This document shows, one piece after another, positions 26,860 to 30,441 of a DNA stretch of 30,441 nucleotides. The translations under genes and the position numbers were made by a program. Each line of letters opens with the position of its first letter. The stretch's first letter is position 1. The notes under the pieces are model-generated. The model had not been told where the DNA came from. It ran no database searches and saw only the letters and a program-made list of their open reading frames with translations. The DNA is from a virus. Lineage: Duplodnaviria > Caudoviricetes. The stretch is from positions 1 to 30,441 of IMG/VR virus record IMGVR_UViG_3300048599_000542; one strand, 5' to 3'.

Positions 26860-26898
26860 TTAGGAAACCGATGCTCTATCCGGCTGAGCTACGGGGTC
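26860..26898 (-). tRNA. 5' half of tRNA-Arg(CCT), truncated after the anticodon loop; prophage att site
   Basis: GACCCCG TA GCTC AGCCGGATA GAGC A TCGGT TTCCTAA: acceptor 5' strand, D arm, anticodon 5' stem and loop. No ACCGA, T-arm or acceptor 3' strand follows. Confidence 0.85.
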
Positions 26899-26907
26899 TT
26901 CCGGCCG

Positions 26908-26936
26908 AAATTGCCCGTTCGGCACTCCAAGTGCAA
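26908..26936 (-). promoter_or_regulatory. Putative sigma70 promoter of the tRNA gene
   Basis: TTGCAC-N17-CAATTT ending 9 nt before tRNA G1. Confidence 0.45.
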
Positions 26937-27030
26937 GAGTTGGTGCCGATTGCCATGGTTTGGTGCCGGATGAGGTTTGCGCCGTCCCCGGCTGGGCGAT
27001 AACCTGTTCGAGATATGCGGGAGAGGGCTC

Positions 27031-27537
27031 ATGCGCCGGATTTTGGCTCAGTTGGCCGTGTGCTTGGCGGCAATGGCGGCAATTGCCGTACCCGGACATG
27101 CCGGCGATACGTGGTCGGATCTGCAGGCCTGCCGGAGTCTCGGCGATGCCGAGCGGCTGGCGTGTTTTGATCGCGTCCTGGCACACCACGATTCGAAGCC
27201 CGTTCCGCCTCCGGCGCCGGTCCGTCCGGCTGAGCCGGCTATGACAGCGGCCAAGCCGAGCGCCGATTTCGGCAGCGAGCGTTTGCAGAAGGACGATGCG
27301 ACGCCGCAACAGCCCGAGTCGATGACGGCCAAGGTGGCGCAGGTGCGCTGGAACGCGTTCAAGCACTTCAGCGTCACGCTCGACAACGGCCAGGTGTGGC
27401 GTCAACTCGACTCCGACACCGCAGTCGCCCGGATCGATTCCACCGCAACCGTCAAGATCACCCGCGGCTTCCTCGACAGCTACAGCCTGTCGGTCGAGGG
27501 CACGTGGGGCATCTACAAAGTCAAACGGATTAAATGA
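27031..27537 (+). CDS. Secreted hypothetical protein, paralog 1
   Basis: Signal peptide, C-x8-RLACFD, Pro/Ala linker, TLDNGQVWRQ C-terminal domain; ATG 27031 with GAGAGGG RBS. Confidence 0.8.
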   Translation: MRRILAQLAVCLAAMAAIAVPGHAGDTWSDLQACRSLGDAERLACFDRVLAHHDSKPVPPPAPVRPAEPAMTAAKPSADFGSERLQKDDATPQQPESMTAKVAQVRWNAFKHFSVTLDNGQVWRQLDSDTAVARIDSTATVKITRGFLDSYSLSVEGTWGIYKVKRIK

Positions 27538-27550
27538 ACGGAGACGGATC

Positions 27551-28072
27551 GTGCGCAAACTCTTCGTGGGACTGATGGCGGCTGGCGCCCTGGCGGCTGT
27601 GGCGGAGGCGGCGCCGGATCTGCAGACCATGATCGGCCAATGCGCGGCCACGCCTGACGGAAAAGAGCGTCTGGCCTGTTACGACGCGATCGCTCAACGC
27701 CTTGGGACTGGACATGCTCCTGCAACAACGGCCGCCGCGCCTGTGCCCGCTGCTGCCCCGCCGCCTGCCGCGGTTCAGCGCCAACCCGAAGCTCAGTTCG
27801 GTGCGGAATCGCTCAAGAAAGAAGCGCGAGCCGGGCAGCCGCAGCAGCTTGATGAGATCCACGGCGCCATCGCCAAGCTGACGTTTTCACCGACCGGGCG
27901 GGCCATCGTGAGCTTGGACAATGGGCAGGTCTGGCGGCAGGTCGAGGGCGACAGCGATCGCTTCAAGGGCAAGCAAGGCGAAAAGGCCACGATCGCGCGT
28001 GCCATCCTGGGCAGCTATAGCCTGACTGTCGAAGGCCGCAACCAGCTCATCAAGGTCCAGCGCGTCCGCTGA
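27551..28072 (+). CDS. Secreted hypothetical protein, paralog 2
   Basis: Signal peptide, C-x8-RLACYD, Pro/Ala linker, SLDNGQVWRQ domain; GTG with GGAG RBS. Confidence 0.8.
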   Translation: MRKLFVGLMAAGALAAVAEAAPDLQTMIGQCAATPDGKERLACYDAIAQRLGTGHAPATTAAAPVPAAAPPPAAVQRQPEAQFGAESLKKEARAGQPQQLDEIHGAIAKLTFSPTGRAIVSLDNGQVWRQVEGDSDRFKGKQGEKATIARAILGSYSLTVEGRNQLIKVQRVR

Positions 28073-28125
28073 AAAATTTCACGCTTCCTGTCCACTGACC
28101 GGTTCCTGTTTGCCGGGAAGCGCTC

Positions 28126-29244
28126 TTAACGCGAATCGGATTTCGTCAGCCACTCGTTCCAGAACACGGCGACGTCGGCCCCATGCAGACGCCACCAGCC
28201 GTCGTCCGCCTGGAACGCGGTGGCGAAGTGCGCCGTCGGCAGATAGGGACGCATGTCGATGCCGAGTTCCGGATGCTTGCCGACATAGGCGAGTGCGCTT
28301 TGGCGCGCCGGGCCGTAGGCGATCCAGCTCGTCATTTTGCCCAGCACCGGCGCGCTGGTGGCATAGCGCACGAAATCCATCGCCCGTTCGGCCTTGGGAT
28401 TGCCGCGCGGAATGCCGAATACCTCCGACTGATAAAGCTGGCGGTCCCAGATGATCGTCATCTGAGGCGCGGCGGGCCCGTCTTTCTCCGCATCGAACAC
28501 CGCCCAGTTCGGCAGCGAGGCCATGACCGCGCGGCCGTCCTTGAGCATCGCGGTCGCATCGGCGGGGTTGTCGTACCAGACGAGGCTGCCGCGCAGACTG
28601 TCGAGTTTTTTCAGGGCCCGCGCCACGCCTTGCGGGCTGGACAGCACCTCGTAAACATCTTTCGGTGCCACGCCGTCGGCGAGCAGGGCCATTTCGACCG
28701 TCAGCTTGGCATTGGCGCGCGGCAACGCCCGCTTGCCGGGATAACGCTGGAGATCGAAGAAATCGGCGAGCGCCGCGGGGGCTTTGTCGCCGAATTTGAC
28801 CGGTGCCGCGGCGATGACCTGGCTGTAGATCGCGCTTGCCACCCAGCACGGGCCGATGGCGCCGGGGACGAAGTCTTTTGCCGCTGGCGTCCCATTGGGG
28901 GCGGCGGGAAGCTGCGTGGCATCGATCTTTTCGAGCAGACCCGACTGGCAGGCGGCCACCGCATCGGGCAGCTCCATATCGACGACATCCCAGTCGTAGC
29001 GGTGGCTCGCAACCTGCTGCGCCAGCTCCTTGGTGCCGCCGTTGTAGGAGGTGAAGAGGGCGTCGACGCCGCTCGCCATGCCGAACGGAATGATCTGCGC
29101 CGAGCGCTGGGCATGGCCGTAATCGCCTTCCCAGGTGGCGACGGTAAGGACGGGCTTGGTCCGGGTCAGGTTGAGAACCGCGTAATAGCCGCCCGCAAGC
29201 GCCACCGCGGCGCCGACCAGCGCCACAACACCCCACTTTTTCAT
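28126..29244 (-). CDS. ABC transporter substrate-binding protein, polyamine (PotD/PotF-like) family
   Basis: WDVVDME..DAVAAC..GLLEKID, DFFDLQRYPGKRAL, LEMALLADGV-like motif, N-terminal signal/anchor. Confidence 0.88.
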   Translation of the reverse strand: MKKWGVVALVGAAVALAGGYYAVLNLTRTKPVLTVATWEGDYGHAQRSAQIIPFGMASGVDALFTSYNGGTKELAQQVASHRYDWDVVDMELPDAVAACQSGLLEKIDATQLPAAPNGTPAAKDFVPGAIGPCWVASAIYSQVIAAAPVKFGDKAPAALADFFDLQRYPGKRALPRANAKLTVEMALLADGVAPKDVYEVLSSPQGVARALKKLDSLRGSLVWYDNPADATAMLKDGRAVMASLPNWAVFDAEKDGPAAPQMTIIWDRQLYQSEVFGIPRGNPKAERAMDFVRYATSAPVLGKMTSWIAYGPARQSALAYVGKHPELGIDMRPYLPTAHFATAFQADDGWWRLHGADVAVFWNEWLTKSDSR

Positions 29245-29252
29245 GTCATGCC

Positions 29253-30441
29253 TCAGTGAATGCCGAACATGTCCTTGAGCTGATCGCCCACGTCCTTCTT
29301 ACCGCTTTGCTGGCTTTTGTCACGGCTTTGTCCAAGCAGGCCGCCCAGCGCCGAGCCGCCGTTCTTCAGGCTGTCCATCATTCCGCCCATCATGCCGGCG
29401 ACATCGGGGGCATAGTGCAACTTGTCCCAGCTTCCGCTGATGAGGAAGGGCACTCCGATGCCGTAGCCGCCGACAGCCGCCTCGGGGTGCACCCGAAACG
29501 CGATGGCGCGGTTGCCGACATCGATGCCGCCCTGGCCGGTCATCCGCACGACCGGGCCTTCGAGATGGAAATCGCGGGTCGTCATCACGCCGTTCGCGAT
29601 GGCGAAACTGGCGCCCATATCGTGGAATGTGGTCGCCGCCGCATTGCCGGTGGCGCCGCCGAGGACGGACTGTACCGAGCGCGCCACCGCTCCGAGGTCG
29701 ACTCCCTTGAAGCGGCCGTCGGCGCCTTTGATCGCACCTCTGCCGGAGAGGGAATGCAGGAGGGCGTTGGGGCTGGTGCCGGTCATGGCGACGTCGAGAG
29801 TGAGCGAGCCGATGCCTTCGATGCTCGTCAGTCCGAGGACGTCGGTGAGCAACGGCTTCAACTGCACGGCGGAAAATTGCAGGGTGTTGGCGAAGTGCGG
29901 TACGGCTCCGCGCGCGTCGATCGTCAGTTCCGCCTTGCCGCCACCGCCGTAAAGAGCGATCTGATCGAGGAAGGCGTGCAGCAACCCGTCTTGTGTTTCG
30001 ATCCGCAGCACTGTGCGGCCGAGATGCAGGCCTTGCACCCTGAGGGTGCCCGCCGTCAGCGCCAGACGGCCGTTGAATTGCTTGATCAGCGCGACGCTGA
30101 TCGGTTTGCGGCTCCAGCCGGTTTGTTTGGGTTCGCCGGGCTCATGGCGGCCGCCCGACAGATAGGGATTGAGGTCGAGACGATCGACGGTGAGAGCGCC
30201 ATCGAGCACCGGCACGTCGGCCGCCGCATCGGCTGCGAGGCGTCCGGTCATGGTCTGGCCGTCGAGAACGACCTTCAGCCCGTCGAAGGTGGTGATCTTG
30301 TCCTGGTTCGCGAACTTCGCGGCCAGCGCGAGCTTGCCGAGGCCGCCCGCCGGCAGCTTGGTGCCGAACCACGCCGCCAAGTCGCGGAAGCTGGGACTGT
30401 CGAGCTTGATGTCGCCGTGCGTGGCGCCATCGGGCGTCATG
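29253..30441 (-). CDS. AsmA-family protein (C-terminal part; start outside window)
   Basis: LDLNPYL, LYGG, LSGRG..G..KGVDL, G.GGIDV, VPFLISGSWDKLHYAPD. Confidence 0.85.
   Translation of the reverse strand, partial: MTPDGATHGDIKLDSPSFRDLAAWFGTKLPAGGLGKLALAAKFANQDKITTFDGLKVVLDGQTMTGRLAADAAADVPVLDGALTVDRLDLNPYLSGGRHEPGEPKQTGWSRKPISVALIKQFNGRLALTAGTLRVQGLHLGRTVLRIETQDGLLHAFLDQIALYGGGGKAELTIDARGAVPHFANTLQFSAVQLKPLLTDVLGLTSIEGIGSLTLDVAMTGTSPNALLHSLSGRGAIKGADGRFKGVDLGAVARSVQSVLGGATGNAAATTFHDMGASFAIANGVMTTRDFHLEGPVVRMTGQGGIDVGNRAIAFRVHPEAAVGGYGIGVPFLISGSWDKLHYAPDVAGMMGGMMDSLKNGGSALGGLLGQSRDKSQQSGKKDVGDQLKDMFGIH

Larger units (their letters stand above)
1..26866. mobile_element. P2-like prophage (left end lies outside the window; right boundary at the tRNA-Arg anticodon loop)
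   Basis: Near-complete set of P2-type morphogenesis genes (Q,P,O,N,M,L,X,lysis,R,S,J,I,H,V,W,FI,FII,E/E',T,U,D,ogr), a P2-like cos and a tRNA fragment at the boundary, followed by host-type genes. Confidence 0.93.

Noticed and set aside
26400-26862. Group I intron in tRNA-Arg(CCU), as known from some alphaproteobacteria
   Set aside because: No 3' exon (ACCGA...GGTTC...CGGGGTC) is visible downstream and no convincing P1/P7 core; the break fits an att crossover better. A covariance-model search would settle it.
26923-26933. CACTCCAAGTG, a 10/11 match to one arm of the late-promoter palindrome, inside the tRNA promoter
   Set aside because: Single half-site without a correctly spaced partner and outside the prophage; may be chance

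Overview
About 26.9 kb of this window is the right-hand part of an apparently intact P2-like (Peduoviridae-type) prophage in a GC-rich, probably alphaproteobacterial host. It contains the 3' part of a lambda-O-like replication gene with internal iteron-like repeats, an orphan DNA methyltransferase and an ogr-like activator. It also holds a complete contractile-tail, baseplate, lysis and head module (with the gpE/E' -1 frameshift), a divergent terminase ATPase and portal pair, and a P2-type cos site. Between cos and the attachment site lies an accessory cassette: a Zn-ribbon protein, two small proteins, a GNAT, a LysR and an XRE regulator. The prophage ends at a 5'-half tRNA-Arg(CCT) that stops exactly at the anticodon loop (26860). 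The last ~3.5 kb are host genes: two paralogous secreted proteins, a polyamine-type ABC substrate-binding protein and a partial AsmA. The most notable observations are three copies of a 27-bp palindrome, each exactly 43 nt upstream of a start codon lacking a Shine-Dalgarno; a WYL-like insertion in tail-completion protein S; the GNAT/LysR/XRE cargo cassette; and the 5'-half tRNA att site. All calls come from reading motifs by eye; no database searches were run.
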